Source: a virus (Duplodnaviria; Caudoviricetes). From it: a DNA stretch of 64,000 bases. The stretch spans positions 1 to 64,000 of the IMG/VR virus record IMGVR_UViG_3300012007_000013, one strand, 5' to 3'. The notes beneath the pieces are model-generated. The model was not told the DNA's origin and made no database searches. It saw only the letters and a list, made by a program, of their open reading frames with translations. Shown here one piece after another: positions 9,211 to 18,798 of this stretch (within the stretch, counting starts at the first letter, position 1; each line of letters opens with the position of its first letter). The translations under genes were made by a program, and so were the position numbers.

Positions 9211-10104
9211 ATGCCCAATAGTGTGGCAAAGGCTCAAAAAAAAGAGTCCCGATTGTTCACACCGCAGCCCGCCACACTACACCATAGTACCGCTGACAAA
9301 GCCTATCCCTGCAACGGAGGCAACGTCAGCGGTATATCTTTTTTAGCCAAAGTCAATGTCAAGTACATAGCAAAGAGTTCTCGTAGCGAACTCCTTGCCA
9401 TCGCATTTGTCGCCACCGTGAGGGCATACGAGAGCATCAATGGTGCAAAGTACTCCTATACCGCCAATGCTCTCCACGAACTCACAGGTGTTCACGCGAA
9501 AACCATCGGCAAACGTGTCGCCACTCTCAAACGTATGGGTCTTGCCATAGAGGAGAACGGCAAAATCCGCCTTCTAAGCGTCAAATCCAAGCATAGTGGA
9601 CACAATATACAACTCGGTATTGAAATTGGCAGAAAAACGCTCAAAAACGCAGAAAAAGCAGTATTACAGGAAAGATTCATAACGAAACTCCGTCAGATAG
9701 ATTATTACCGCAATGCAATCTCCCGTTACAAGGATTTCTCTAGCAACCCGAAGTCCAAAATGACGCTCGCAGAGTACAAGAAACTCAACCTATGGTTAAG
9801 GTCGCACTGCAAGACTGACTATCGGAACGGAAAGTTCGTGGACTATGGGTGGTCGTACAAGAACATCGCAAGATTTCTCTTCGTCAGCATCAAGACGGCA
9901 GTCGAAATCGTGAAGTCCGTCGTCGAAAGTGGGCGCGTGATGAAGAAAAAGACATCAATGTTCAAAAGACTCACGAGTAAACAAGAGGTAGAGTATATCA
10001 AACATACTTTCACATATCATAACTACTCTTACAAGGTATATGCTAATATATATACTCTTTCCCCATCCGCCCCTCTTTCCTCTGCTGGTACTATTAGATT
10101 GTAA
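9211..10104 (+). CDS. Basic DNA-binding protein with two HTH-like segments
   Basis: LHELTGVHAKTIGKRVATLKRMGL and YKNIARFLFVSIKTAVEIVK; start uncertain. Confidence 0.55.
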   Translation: MPNSVAKAQKKESRLFTPQPATLHHSTADKAYPCNGGNVSGISFLAKVNVKYIAKSSRSELLAIAFVATVRAYESINGAKYSYTANALHELTGVHAKTIGKRVATLKRMGLAIEENGKIRLLSVKSKHSGHNIQLGIEIGRKTLKNAEKAVLQERFITKLRQIDYYRNAISRYKDFSSNPKSKMTLAEYKKLNLWLRSHCKTDYRNGKFVDYGWSYKNIARFLFVSIKTAVEIVKSVVESGRVMKKKTSMFKRLTSKQEVEYIKHTFTYHNYSYKVYANIYTLSPSAPLSSAGTIRL

Positions 10105-10148
10105 AATGTGAAGAATAGAAAGTAGTTTAATAATTTATCAATATAGCG

Positions 10149-10573
10149 ATGAAACAAGTTAAAACATTCCCAGACGGAATCAAAGTATTTACCGGTGATG
10201 TTGTTTATGTGGACAACGGAAGTCGTAAAGAGTGCGTCCGTATGATTGAGTACAGTCCCTACCAAGATATGTATGATGGGGAAACATATCATACGCTGTA
10301 TGACATCAATGAGAGGTGGTTCAGAAGTGACAAAACAAAGCATATACAAGAGTATTTCCCTTTCTCGATTGACCTCAATTCAATGGAAACGACTCGTACA
10401 AGATAGAGCATCGTAATCCAAACGATACGGTGGTATATCTCGAAGGTGAGCCTATAATAGTTGTTGCCTCAGATAATGATGGAAGGGTGGTGAAAATGAA
10501 AACGGTATGTAATTACGGTACGAGGGTGCCACTCGCTATAATAAATGACGTAATAGACAGAAGTATAGAATAA
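10149..10573 (+). pseudogene. Hypothetical gene, probably frameshifted near 10375
   Basis: The ORF stops at 10406, but the -1 frame is open 10373-10573 (FNGNDSYKIEHRNPNDTVVYLEGEPIIVV...) without its own early start. Confidence 0.4.
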
Positions 10574-10607
10574 TAAACAAAATCGCAAAACAAACAAAGT
10601 AACGATT

Positions 10608-10805
10608 ATGACAGACGAAGAATTGGAAAAACTGACAAGCATTCTGCCTGATGAAATGAAAAAGCGGGCGGAAATAGAAACGGATATGGCGTTTCGGAGG
10701 TATAAAGAACGTCGGCGTGACAATGCTCGTATCCTGCTGTTTGACGGCATCGCCGTTCTAATTGTTGCGGCAATTCTCATATTTGTATATTATATTATAA
10801 AATAA
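10608..10805 (+). CDS. Small C-terminally anchored membrane protein
   Basis: Charged N-terminus, one C-terminal TM segment. Confidence 0.65.
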   Translation: MTDEELEKLTSILPDEMKKRAEIETDMAFRRYKERRRDNARILLFDGIAVLIVAAILIFVYYIIK

Positions 10806-10841
10806 AAAAACTTTGTATATTATATTATAAAATAAAAAAAC
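10782..10841 (+). repeat. Perfect 30-bp tandem duplication
   Basis: TTTGTATATTATATTATAAAATAAAAAAAC x2. Confidence 0.9.
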
Positions 10842-10842
10842 A

Positions 10843-11184
10843 ATGAATGAAGACATCATTAAGGTAAAAGTAAACGAGAACGGTCAGTGGACTGAATATA
10901 GTCTGTCCTATGAAGATTTTGCCCTCATTCAACCTGTTCTCGAACGTTGCAAGGAAAAGCGAGTTGTCAACTTCGACCCCAAAGACCCCGAGCAGTCAGC
11001 GGAAATGTTAAACCGCATATTCATGCCATTTGGACCTGCTCAGCAGAACGGGAAGAAAGGCATCATCTACAACTTAGAAGAACTGCCGAAAGAGATGACT
11101 AAAGAACAAGTTGAGGACACCTACCAACGCAAGAACATCCTCTATATCAGAAGCAAGAAAACACCAACTCAACAAATAAATTAG
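10843..11184 (+). CDS. Hypothetical protein
   Basis: ORF with an A-rich upstream leader. Confidence 0.6.
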   Translation: MNEDIIKVKVNENGQWTEYSLSYEDFALIQPVLERCKEKRVVNFDPKDPEQSAEMLNRIFMPFGPAQQNGKKGIIYNLEELPKEMTKEQVEDTYQRKNILYIRSKKTPTQQIN

Positions 11185-11188
11185 CATT

Positions 11189-11461
11189 ATGGAACTGAAA
11201 CTTTTTGCAGCAAAACGTAACTGTGGTTACTGCGGTGGGTTGATAGTCGTAGCCGCAAATGACATAGAAGAAGCCTATGAGGTGTACAAAAAATGGGCAA
11301 TCGACAATAGTAAATCGTGGATTTATGACGTATATGAGTATAGTGATGGGCAATATGACATAACTAACCAATACCCTCGGGAAACATGGTATGAAATCCA
11401 AAATGTCAAAGCAATTTGCGACGCTCCGAAAGTAATAGACGAGGATGGACACACCGAATAA
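11189..11461 (+). CDS. Hypothetical protein
   Basis: YCGGLIVVAANDIEEA motif. Confidence 0.65.
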   Translation: MELKLFAAKRNCGYCGGLIVVAANDIEEAYEVYKKWAIDNSKSWIYDVYEYSDGQYDITNQYPRETWYEIQNVKAICDAPKVIDEDGHTE

Positions 11462-11482
11462 TAATCAAAAAACATAAACACT

Positions 11483-12019
11483 ATGGATGCAGAAAAACTG
11501 ACCAAATGGTCTAAGGAGATTTACGAAAACGCCGTCTCCCATGGATGGCACGAAGAAAAGCACTCACCTGAGCATTATCTAGGTCTTATTATGACCGAGG
11601 TCGCAGAAGCAGTTGAGGCTGACAGAAAAGACAGAAGAAGTAATGCAAAAACATGCTATGCAACAAGAGACCTTTTTGTAGATTGGTACAATGGCAATGT
11701 GAAAAACTCAATTGAGGAAGAATTTGCCGACATCGTTATACGTCTGCTTGACATGGCGTATGAAATACATGGAGAGAATATGGAATATATCTATGACCGA
11801 TTTACAGGAACACACTTCCATAAAAACTTACCATTTATAGCGAACGCATGGAACTTTGTTAGATACATTCTTGATTTTGGATGTCTTGAAATTAACGACT
11901 CAATCCGGTTTATTTATGACTGGGCAGAGAATCTCGGCATAGACCTTGACAAACACATCGAATGGAAGATGAGATACAACTCTCTCCGCGACTACAAGCA
12001 CGGCGGCAAAAAGTATTGA
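11483..12019 (+). CDS. MazG/NTP-pyrophosphatase-like protein
   Basis: HGWHEE...LIMTEVAEAVEADRK...EEEFADIVIRLLD. Confidence 0.75.
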   Translation: MDAEKLTKWSKEIYENAVSHGWHEEKHSPEHYLGLIMTEVAEAVEADRKDRRSNAKTCYATRDLFVDWYNGNVKNSIEEEFADIVIRLLDMAYEIHGENMEYIYDRFTGTHFHKNLPFIANAWNFVRYILDFGCLEINDSIRFIYDWAENLGIDLDKHIEWKMRYNSLRDYKHGGKKY

Positions 12020-12046
12020 AAACGTTTTAGGATTATATTAAAAGCA

Positions 12047-12074
12047 ACGGCACGGGATTAAGTTCTCGTGCCGT
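12047..12074. terminator. Hairpin between convergent operons
   Basis: ACGGCACGGGA-N6-TCTCGTGCCGT. Confidence 0.65.
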
Positions 12075-12108
12075 CTGCATTAAAACATTTGGCAATAATT
12101 AATTTTTT

Positions 12109-13692
12109 TTAAACCACATAGTTATTGGTGTTGTTGGTTTTGTTTTTTGAATACTTTGCCTCGATTTGTTTGGTGCGTTCTGTCTTAATCAACTCTTTTT
12201 CCATATCCTCAACTTTTTCCCTCTCGATACGTTCATGCTCGTCAGGACGGCTGATTGTATTAACCTCTGTTGCAGTTCTTTGCGAAAGAATGCCTCCATT
12301 CTTCATTGTGACAAGCATGGTATTGTACTCCACCTCAGAATATGGTGTCCAAATATCGAAGTTTGCGTTGATATTCATCTTCGAGAACTCGGTGATAGCA
12401 TCCGGCGTGTAGTCTGGGTCTGTTTTATCTTTATTCACAAGTTCCATTGCAAGACCATACTTGAACAGACGCACCATCTTGTCCGCGACATTCTGCCATT
12501 CAACCATCCCGTTTTCGGCGGTCTGTATGTCAAGTGATTGGGTCATCTTAACGGCGACGCCGCTTGTATCGCTAGATGTATGTATGTCTGTTGGGAGAAT
12601 GAATGTTGTGCCAGTGGCAATCTCAATCTGCTTGAAACGGTGCTCGAATTTTTCGTTGATGCTCTTGGCAGCAGGCGGGTCAAGGAACTTCGCGTCGCTC
12701 TTGCTCGGGTCAACGCTTACATCGTTTAGGACAATGTTTCCTGCAATCTTCTTTGCGTTCGGGTCTATGCGACCTTTGACGTATAGCAGACCCCATCCCC
12801 ACTTGTTGTCGATAACGTTGTCGATATTGGCTGCTCTCTCATAGGCTTCTATTTCCGTCTGTCCGTTGTTCCATGCTACAGGAACACGTTTTGTCACAAG
12901 TGGTATTTCCGGGAACCCATGGACCTCTCGTTCTATATGCGGATTACCGCTCCCGTCATCGGTAACACGGTAAAAGTAAGTGTCATCCCAGCAGTCGATG
13001 ACCTCATTTCCGTCCTCGTCGCAGTAGTATACAGTCTCAAGAATACGGTCGCCGTTGTCGTCATTGTGCGAGCAGATGACATAACCATCCTCGTAACTTA
13101 TGAGCCGAGACTTGATTTGACCATACCTGTCCATATAGAACAACAATCCTGCCTCGCCGTAAGATTTTGCCGTGGCAACCATTTTGACTTTCATACCGTC
13201 TTGGTTGCGCAAGTCCCAATAATGCTTGAACTTGACAAAGTTCTGTTGCATTTTATCTGTCGGCTTCTGGTCGGACAGCGTGAACTTCATAGGTAAGCAA
13301 GACAAGTGAAGCGTCTGCTTCTCCATGATGATACGCTGGAACGGGAACGCCATCTTCGCGAACTTGATGTCGTAAGCGCCGTTCTCCGCAGTCTTCACGC
13401 AAATACTCGGTATGTTGTTGTCAAACAGAACGTCGTGCATGTACGGGTCTAGTTCCGCCATGAAGTCGTCCTGCGTCACGACTTTGCGGCGTATACCAGA
13501 CAATTGGGCAGTCACGTTGCCGCCGACGGGCACATCCTTTTTCTTATTGCGTTTTCTTATTGTACCGCCTCTTGTGAATGGTTTCTTGCGGAGCAGTTTT
13601 TCTTTGTCTTTTAGCAAGGACACAACGTCCGGTGCAACACCCTCTAAGGGGTCTTTTGTCTCAATTGTTTCCATCGGTATTTCGGTTTTCAA
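12109..13692 (-). CDS. Portal protein (SPP1-like)
   Basis: 527 aa, next to the terminase genes; HGFPEIPLV, SGVAVKM and LSQRTATE segments; the true start may be ATG 13674. Confidence 0.8.
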   Translation of the reverse strand: MKTEIPMETIETKDPLEGVAPDVVSLLKDKEKLLRKKPFTRGGTIRKRNKKKDVPVGGNVTAQLSGIRRKVVTQDDFMAELDPYMHDVLFDNNIPSICVKTAENGAYDIKFAKMAFPFQRIIMEKQTLHLSCLPMKFTLSDQKPTDKMQQNFVKFKHYWDLRNQDGMKVKMVATAKSYGEAGLLFYMDRYGQIKSRLISYEDGYVICSHNDDNGDRILETVYYCDEDGNEVIDCWDDTYFYRVTDDGSGNPHIEREVHGFPEIPLVTKRVPVAWNNGQTEIEAYERAANIDNVIDNKWGWGLLYVKGRIDPNAKKIAGNIVLNDVSVDPSKSDAKFLDPPAAKSINEKFEHRFKQIEIATGTTFILPTDIHTSSDTSGVAVKMTQSLDIQTAENGMVEWQNVADKMVRLFKYGLAMELVNKDKTDPDYTPDAITEFSKMNINANFDIWTPYSEVEYNTMLVTMKNGGILSQRTATEVNTISRPDEHERIEREKVEDMEKELIKTERTKQIEAKYSKNKTNNTNNYVV

Positions 13693-14665
13693 TTAAATTC
13701 CATCGTTTCATTGCATCTTCTTTGTCGAGTATAAAAACATACTTGTTAGATGATTTACGAGTGCCCTCCAAGCATCTTATTATAGCATAGAAAGGGCATT
13801 TTGTAAATTCAACTGCGTCATGTAATGATATTTTTCGTTTTTTTACTACACCTCTTAAAGAGCAAATTGTTATTTTTGATTGTTTATATTTTTGTATCTT
13901 TTCTAAATCACTATCTCCAACATATCTAAAAACATAACCTTTTACCTCGTTATATCCTCTACGCTTTATACAAACACCCGCGATTGCGGCTTGGCTAATT
14001 GATAATTTTTTAGATGCCTCAATTATAGAATCGTAATAATTAACGATGTCCCCATATTGATTTAGTTGAAGAATTTTTTTTGGTCTGTTGTCAATAAACT
14101 GGCATACAGACTCGTGTTTGATGTAAGACCAAATAAAGCCTCCTGCTGTTTTTCTTTTCCCGTTGGCGCACTCTGCTATGGATGAACTGTCGATTTTGAG
14201 ATTTATTCCTGCAACCCTTGTGCTTCTGAATGATTTTATGTATTTGCCACTTCTATTATATTGATGAACGGATTTCCCCCATTTTTCAATAAAGTTTAAT
14301 TGGTGTAGCATGTGTACTATATTTTCGCTCTGAGTCACCCATTCCAAATTTTCAACCACATTGTTATGTTTGCACCCATCTTTATGGTTAACTTGTGGCT
14401 TGTTTTGTGGGTTAGGTATAAATGCTTCTGCAACAAGCCGATGAACAGCAACGTCTTTTGGCTGTCCAGAATTGTTGACCAATCGCACAGCAACATAATA
14501 ATTGCCATACTTATCTATTAAACCTCTTGTAAAAGGCTTCAATAGATGCGGATTTTTCCCTATGTACGACATTACATTACCCATGTTGCTAATTTTGTAA
14601 TTATCAAATCCTTTGATTGTTACAAATATTTCTTCCATATTTTTGCATATTAAAATATAATGCAA
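13661..14665 (-). CDS. NUMOD4-HNH-NUMOD1 homing endonuclease
   Basis: IKGFDNYKISNMGNV; VHRLVAEAFIPNPQNKPQVNHKDGCKHNNVVENLEW; multiple NUMOD1 repeats. Confidence 0.9.
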   Translation of the reverse strand: MHYILICKNMEEIFVTIKGFDNYKISNMGNVMSYIGKNPHLLKPFTRGLIDKYGNYYVAVRLVNNSGQPKDVAVHRLVAEAFIPNPQNKPQVNHKDGCKHNNVVENLEWVTQSENIVHMLHQLNFIEKWGKSVHQYNRSGKYIKSFRSTRVAGINLKIDSSSIAECANGKRKTAGGFIWSYIKHESVCQFIDNRPKKILQLNQYGDIVNYYDSIIEASKKLSISQAAIAGVCIKRRGYNEVKGYVFRYVGDSDLEKIQKYKQSKITICSLRGVVKKRKISLHDAVEFTKCPFYAIIRCLEGTRKSSNKYVFILDKEDAMKRWNLIENRNTDGNN

Positions 14666-14689
14666 AGATACGAAATTTTACTTAATCTG

Positions 14690-15241
14690 TCATCCCTTTT
14701 CTACCAAATTATACATTTCCATTAAATCTTCTTTTGTTGGCAAATAACACTCGCAGCGGAATCTTTCGCAGATATGGTTGTACTTCTTTTCAACGATAAT
14801 CATTCTGTCTTTCTTTGCCGCCTCAACTTTGAACTTGTCATTGAGTTTGTATCGTATGTCTGCTATTCTTGCATAACCGTCTTTCTTTTCAATCAGACCC
14901 GCTGCCATATCAGCCTCGATGTCCGCAATCATTTTCGTGAGAGCAGACTTGTTCTCTTCAAAGGAAATTTCCCCAGTGTCGGTGTCGGTGCTGAAACTTC
15001 TGACAAATCCTTCGTTTTTGAGGTAATCATCCAGTTTCTCCCTAATATCGGACGATACGTATTCGTCGTATCCGTCCGCTCCGAAAAGGCATTGATATGC
15101 CGTCTTTCTGTCGGCAAACATTCGGGACAGAAGAGCGTAGGCTATATCCCTTACTCTTATGTCGACATCTTCTCCTTTAAAGTGTTCAATTGTCCTTTTT
15201 ATCTGTTCGTTATCCATACTATATATATTAGAATCCACCAT
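14690..15241 (-). CDS. Putative terminase small subunit
   Basis: Position between TerL and portal; helical, size appropriate. Confidence 0.5.
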   Translation of the reverse strand: MVDSNIYSMDNEQIKRTIEHFKGEDVDIRVRDIAYALLSRMFADRKTAYQCLFGADGYDEYVSSDIREKLDDYLKNEGFVRSFSTDTDTGEISFEENKSALTKMIADIEADMAAGLIEKKDGYARIADIRYKLNDKFKVEAAKKDRMIIVEKKYNHICERFRCECYLPTKEDLMEMYNLVEKG

Positions 15242-16865
15242 AGCTGACGCCGAATGTTGCGTCGTCGTATATGTTCACTCTGTTTCCGCTTTCTCGCTCG
15301 TCCTGATACTGTATATACTCGTTTCTGCTGCTTTCCAACTCTGTTCCGTCTTGGTAATTCAGCAGTGGGAACATACGCATGGAACACGCATCAAACAAGT
15401 CCATTGAACGTCCGCGCCCCAACTCACGGTTTAATTCTTTTTTGGTCATAAGGCGCTTCTTGCCATTTGGGGCATCCACCCACCGTATGACTCGTGCTTC
15501 TTCGATAAACTCATTCTGTACAGTGATGTCGGACATTGTCTTTGACGCGGCATTTATATACCTTTTTCTCGCGACATTATCAGAACACGATATGCCGTTA
15601 TTCTTGATAAGCCATATCAGTTTACCATAACAGCAGTCCTTTAATTTCATATATTGCAGGGCACTCAGTCCAAGTGGTGAACGATATGATTCATACGGAA
15701 TTGCTTCTGGTATGTAATCCTTGAAATACATACCTCTGATAGCATCAAAGATTATATGAGAGTACCCTATATTGTGTTTGTTGGCTAGTATTTTGGCTCT
15801 GTTGGCATTCTCAACAGGTGTAGTATATGGAGCAATGTCGATGTCAATGATGTCCAGTCCGTTCCAAACTATTTGCAAGAAGTTGTTGGTTCCGCTGTCA
15901 GCAAGGTCAACAGTAATCCATTTGTCGCCGTTCTGCTGTGGGTCGTTAGTAAACACACTGCTGGCATCATCGAATGTCAAGACGAGGTTTTCCTCGTCCT
16001 TACTTGAAATGTTCCAGTTGCCCATTAGCATCTTCTCGGCTTCAGCGCCGCCGGACATGGCAATAGAACCGAGATAGCCCTCATTGTTTTCGAGCATCTC
16101 CTTGTTCTCGCTCATGCGACCGAGATAGAAACAGAATGATTTGATTAGAGACGGCCATTTGTCGCGTCCTTTCATAAATCCATATACACGGTCGAGTTTC
16201 TTGTCTATATCTGCCTTGCAGAGCATATAGACCTCCTCCTTACTGTCACCCCAAACCGTATCGGTGACATTTGGTCCCATCATATAGAAATATCTGACAA
16301 CGCCGTCCCTCTCGTCCATGATGTATCCGTCATCACCAACGTACCAGTCAATAAATGTACGAATCCAACTTTCTCTCTCGGGGTTTGTAGATGCACGACA
16401 TTTGCCGGAATATTTCGATTTTCCTCGATTTCTCGTGAGGATAGTTTTGAACGCATCCCACGTAAAACCAGTGAGTTCGTCATAAATTATAGTGTCGTAC
16501 TGACGTCCCTTAAAACGCCTTAAAAGGGCATCTATAGACTGGTCAGCAGCGTGGGTCACGTCGCAGTATGCACCACTTGGAAACATAACACGTGGCATGT
16601 CGGCAGAACGTATCTGTATGGAATTTCCATAGACTTCGCGGAATGTATCAAGTATCGAGCCGCCAGCCTTGATGTCATCTAAGTTATTGCGCAAGAATAA
16701 TCCACGCCAATTAGGGTCAAGTGATTCTTCTGCAATGGACAACACCTCGCCATACGTTTTGCCGCTGCCGAGGCTTGACCCCCCAAAACATACGTCTACG
16801 CTTGTCCTTACAAAGGACCGCTGAAACCCCGGGTGCGGGGATACTATTTGTATATTTCCTGCCAT
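15228..16865 (-). CDS. terL: Terminase large subunit
   Basis: Walker A GGSSLGSGKT, Walker B IIYDELT, STNP coupling motif, nuclease motif TVDLADSG. Confidence 0.9.
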   Translation of the reverse strand: MAGNIQIVSPHPGFQRSFVRTSVDVCFGGSSLGSGKTYGEVLSIAEESLDPNWRGLFLRNNLDDIKAGGSILDTFREVYGNSIQIRSADMPRVMFPSGAYCDVTHAADQSIDALLRRFKGRQYDTIIYDELTGFTWDAFKTILTRNRGKSKYSGKCRASTNPERESWIRTFIDWYVGDDGYIMDERDGVVRYFYMMGPNVTDTVWGDSKEEVYMLCKADIDKKLDRVYGFMKGRDKWPSLIKSFCFYLGRMSENKEMLENNEGYLGSIAMSGGAEAEKMLMGNWNISSKDEENLVLTFDDASSVFTNDPQQNGDKWITVDLADSGTNNFLQIVWNGLDIIDIDIAPYTTPVENANRAKILANKHNIGYSHIIFDAIRGMYFKDYIPEAIPYESYRSPLGLSALQYMKLKDCCYGKLIWLIKNNGISCSDNVARKRYINAASKTMSDITVQNEFIEEARVIRWVDAPNGKKRLMTKKELNRELGRGRSMDLFDACSMRMFPLLNYQDGTELESSRNEYIQYQDERESGNRVNIYDDATFGVSYGGF

Positions 16866-16876
16866 ATATTCTTTTG

Positions 16877-16907
16877 CAAAAGTACGAACTTTTTCTGACG
16901 TGGCAAA
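16877..16907 (-). promoter_or_regulatory. Leftward promoter for the packaging operon
   Basis: On the reverse strand, TTTG-N19-TACTTTTG. Confidence 0.75.
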
Positions 16908-17089
16908 AAAATAATTAAAGTGGTACTTTAAAACGGTATATTTAATGCTCTAAAAAGCAAAGATTTGAATAATTTTAATAAAAATTTTTCAATAATTTTC
17001 ACAATGAAACAAATGTTAAGAATCAAAAAGATATGATACGAATACGAAAAATATTTTTCGTACACAAAACTGTAAATCAATAATTTATT

Positions 17090-17120
17090 TTTGTCAGGTA
17101 AAAAAAAATTGGTACTTTTG
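17090..17120 (+). promoter_or_regulatory. Rightward promoter for the head operon
   Basis: TTTG-N19-TACTTTTG; divergent from the terL promoter. Confidence 0.75.
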
Positions 17121-17152
17121 CACTCGATTAACTTAAAAAAAATAAAATTCAC

Positions 17153-17878
17153 ATGAAAAATTTCACCAGAGAACAGGCTATCAAAGAACTTGAAGCCAAA
17201 ATCCCAACCAAGGACAAAGACCTTGACCTCGGCAGGACTATCTCGGAGGCTGTAGACAACAGCATCGAGTTAATCGGGGAAAACAGTGAAATGGAGTTGA
17301 AGGATTTCGTCGAGAAAGTGTTCAAGCAGGTGAAGACCTCTATCGGCTTGACGCACAGCGAAAACTCCAAAGTCGCAAACAAGATGCAGAGTCAGATTGA
17401 CGAATTGCAGAAGAAGGTCAACGAGAAAGACCCGAAACCAGACGGCAAAGGCGACGATGTTGACCCGAAACCAGACGGCAAAGGCGACGATGTTGACCCG
17501 AAAGTCAAAGCCTTGCAGGAAGAACTCGACAACATCAAGAAACGTTTCGAGGACGAGGACAAGAAAAAGTCCATCGCCGAAAAACGTGCTGCAATCATCG
17601 CAAAGATGGCTGAAAGCATCAAAGACAAAGACTGGATTAACGACTACATGTCGCAAATCACAGTCACTGAGGAAACCGACGTGGATGCAAAAGCCCAAGA
17701 CTACGTTGCGTTCTACAACAAGACGCAAGCCAACGTTGTCAAAAGGAGCACCACGCCAAAGCAGACGGGAGGAGACGAAACCCAAAACGATGTGAAGAAT
17801 GTCGTTGCCGCTGCAGCCCGAATCAAAAAGCAGATGTCTGCCACGGGCGGCGTGGTAAAGACTGAAAAAACAGAGTAA
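17153..17878 (+). CDS. Capsid scaffolding protein
   Basis: Charged coiled-coil protein, first gene of the head operon. Confidence 0.65.
   Translation: MKNFTREQAIKELEAKIPTKDKDLDLGRTISEAVDNSIELIGENSEMELKDFVEKVFKQVKTSIGLTHSENSKVANKMQSQIDELQKKVNEKDPKPDGKGDDVDPKPDGKGDDVDPKVKALQEELDNIKKRFEDEDKKKSIAEKRAAIIAKMAESIKDKDWINDYMSQITVTEETDVDAKAQDYVAFYNKTQANVVKRSTTPKQTGGDETQNDVKNVVAAAARIKKQMSATGGVVKTEKTE
17429..17503 (+). repeat. 33-bp in-frame tandem repeat
   Basis: GACCCGAAACCAGACGGCAAAGGCGACGATGTT x2 + GACCCGAAA (DPKPDGKGDDV). Confidence 0.9.
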
Positions 17879-17900
17879 AACAAATTAAAATTAAAAGATT

Positions 17901-18773
17901 ATGCCTAACACAATCAACGGACATTTTCGCGGTCTCGGGCTCATCCAGAAAACGGGTGACGTCGGAGGCTTTAAGAATGTCTTTGCAAACCTTGTGGGAA
18001 CCCATGACGATATGGTGTATCCCCACTTTGGCGGAAAGGTTATGAATCCGCCCAAGGGTCGTGCCAAGATGTGGGCTGGTGACTTGCTCGAGTACCGTCC
18101 CAAACTGATGTCGCCTACTAGCGACAAACTCGACCCCGAAATCTACATCCTGCGCACCTTTGAGGTCGCCGATGCTGTCAGTGCAGCCACCACGGTCTAC
18201 ATCGTGCGTGACGAGTTCCGTCACAAGCCGTTTGTGGGCGATGTCCTTATGGTCGCCCCTGCCGTCATCGGTGGCACTGGCACTGCCGTCACCGTGACCG
18301 CTGTGACCGCCACGACTGCAACTATCAGCGGCGCTTCCGTCAATGTGTGGCAACTGACTATCAGTTCCGCTCTGACCATCACCAAAGGTGCCATTATGGT
18401 CGAGGCTGAGGAGGCTGGTTCGGACAAGAAGATGCTTGTACAGACCATCAACGGCGTGTTTGATTGTGATACCGACTTCTTTGAAGCCGAGAACATTGAC
18501 GATATTGCCGTTACCCGAGACCAGACTTCCGGTGAAATCACCAACGTCACAAGTTCCGACTTCTACAAGGCTCGCTACCAGTATACCCCGTCGCTTGGCG
18601 GAATGATGTGGATTAGCAAGATGTCGCCGATGCCGCAGTGCGTGCTCGACCTCAACCTTTGCAACATCCCCAACATCTACCATGTCAACTGGGCTCTGAA
18701 CGGCAAGAAGGTCGCTTCACAAGCAGCCGACATCGCCGCTCTCGACACTCGTGTAACCACCCTTGAAGGATAA
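17901..18773 (+). CDS. Head decoration/structural protein
   Basis: Between scaffold and MCP; Thr/Ala/Val-rich, strong codon bias. Confidence 0.55.
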   Translation: MPNTINGHFRGLGLIQKTGDVGGFKNVFANLVGTHDDMVYPHFGGKVMNPPKGRAKMWAGDLLEYRPKLMSPTSDKLDPEIYILRTFEVADAVSAATTVYIVRDEFRHKPFVGDVLMVAPAVIGGTGTAVTVTAVTATTATISGASVNVWQLTISSALTITKGAIMVEAEEAGSDKKMLVQTINGVFDCDTDFFEAENIDDIAVTRDQTSGEITNVTSSDFYKARYQYTPSLGGMMWISKMSPMPQCVLDLNLCNIPNIYHVNWALNGKKVASQAADIAALDTRVTTLEG

Positions 18774-18798
18774 TTAAATAAGAAAGGAGATTACTACA

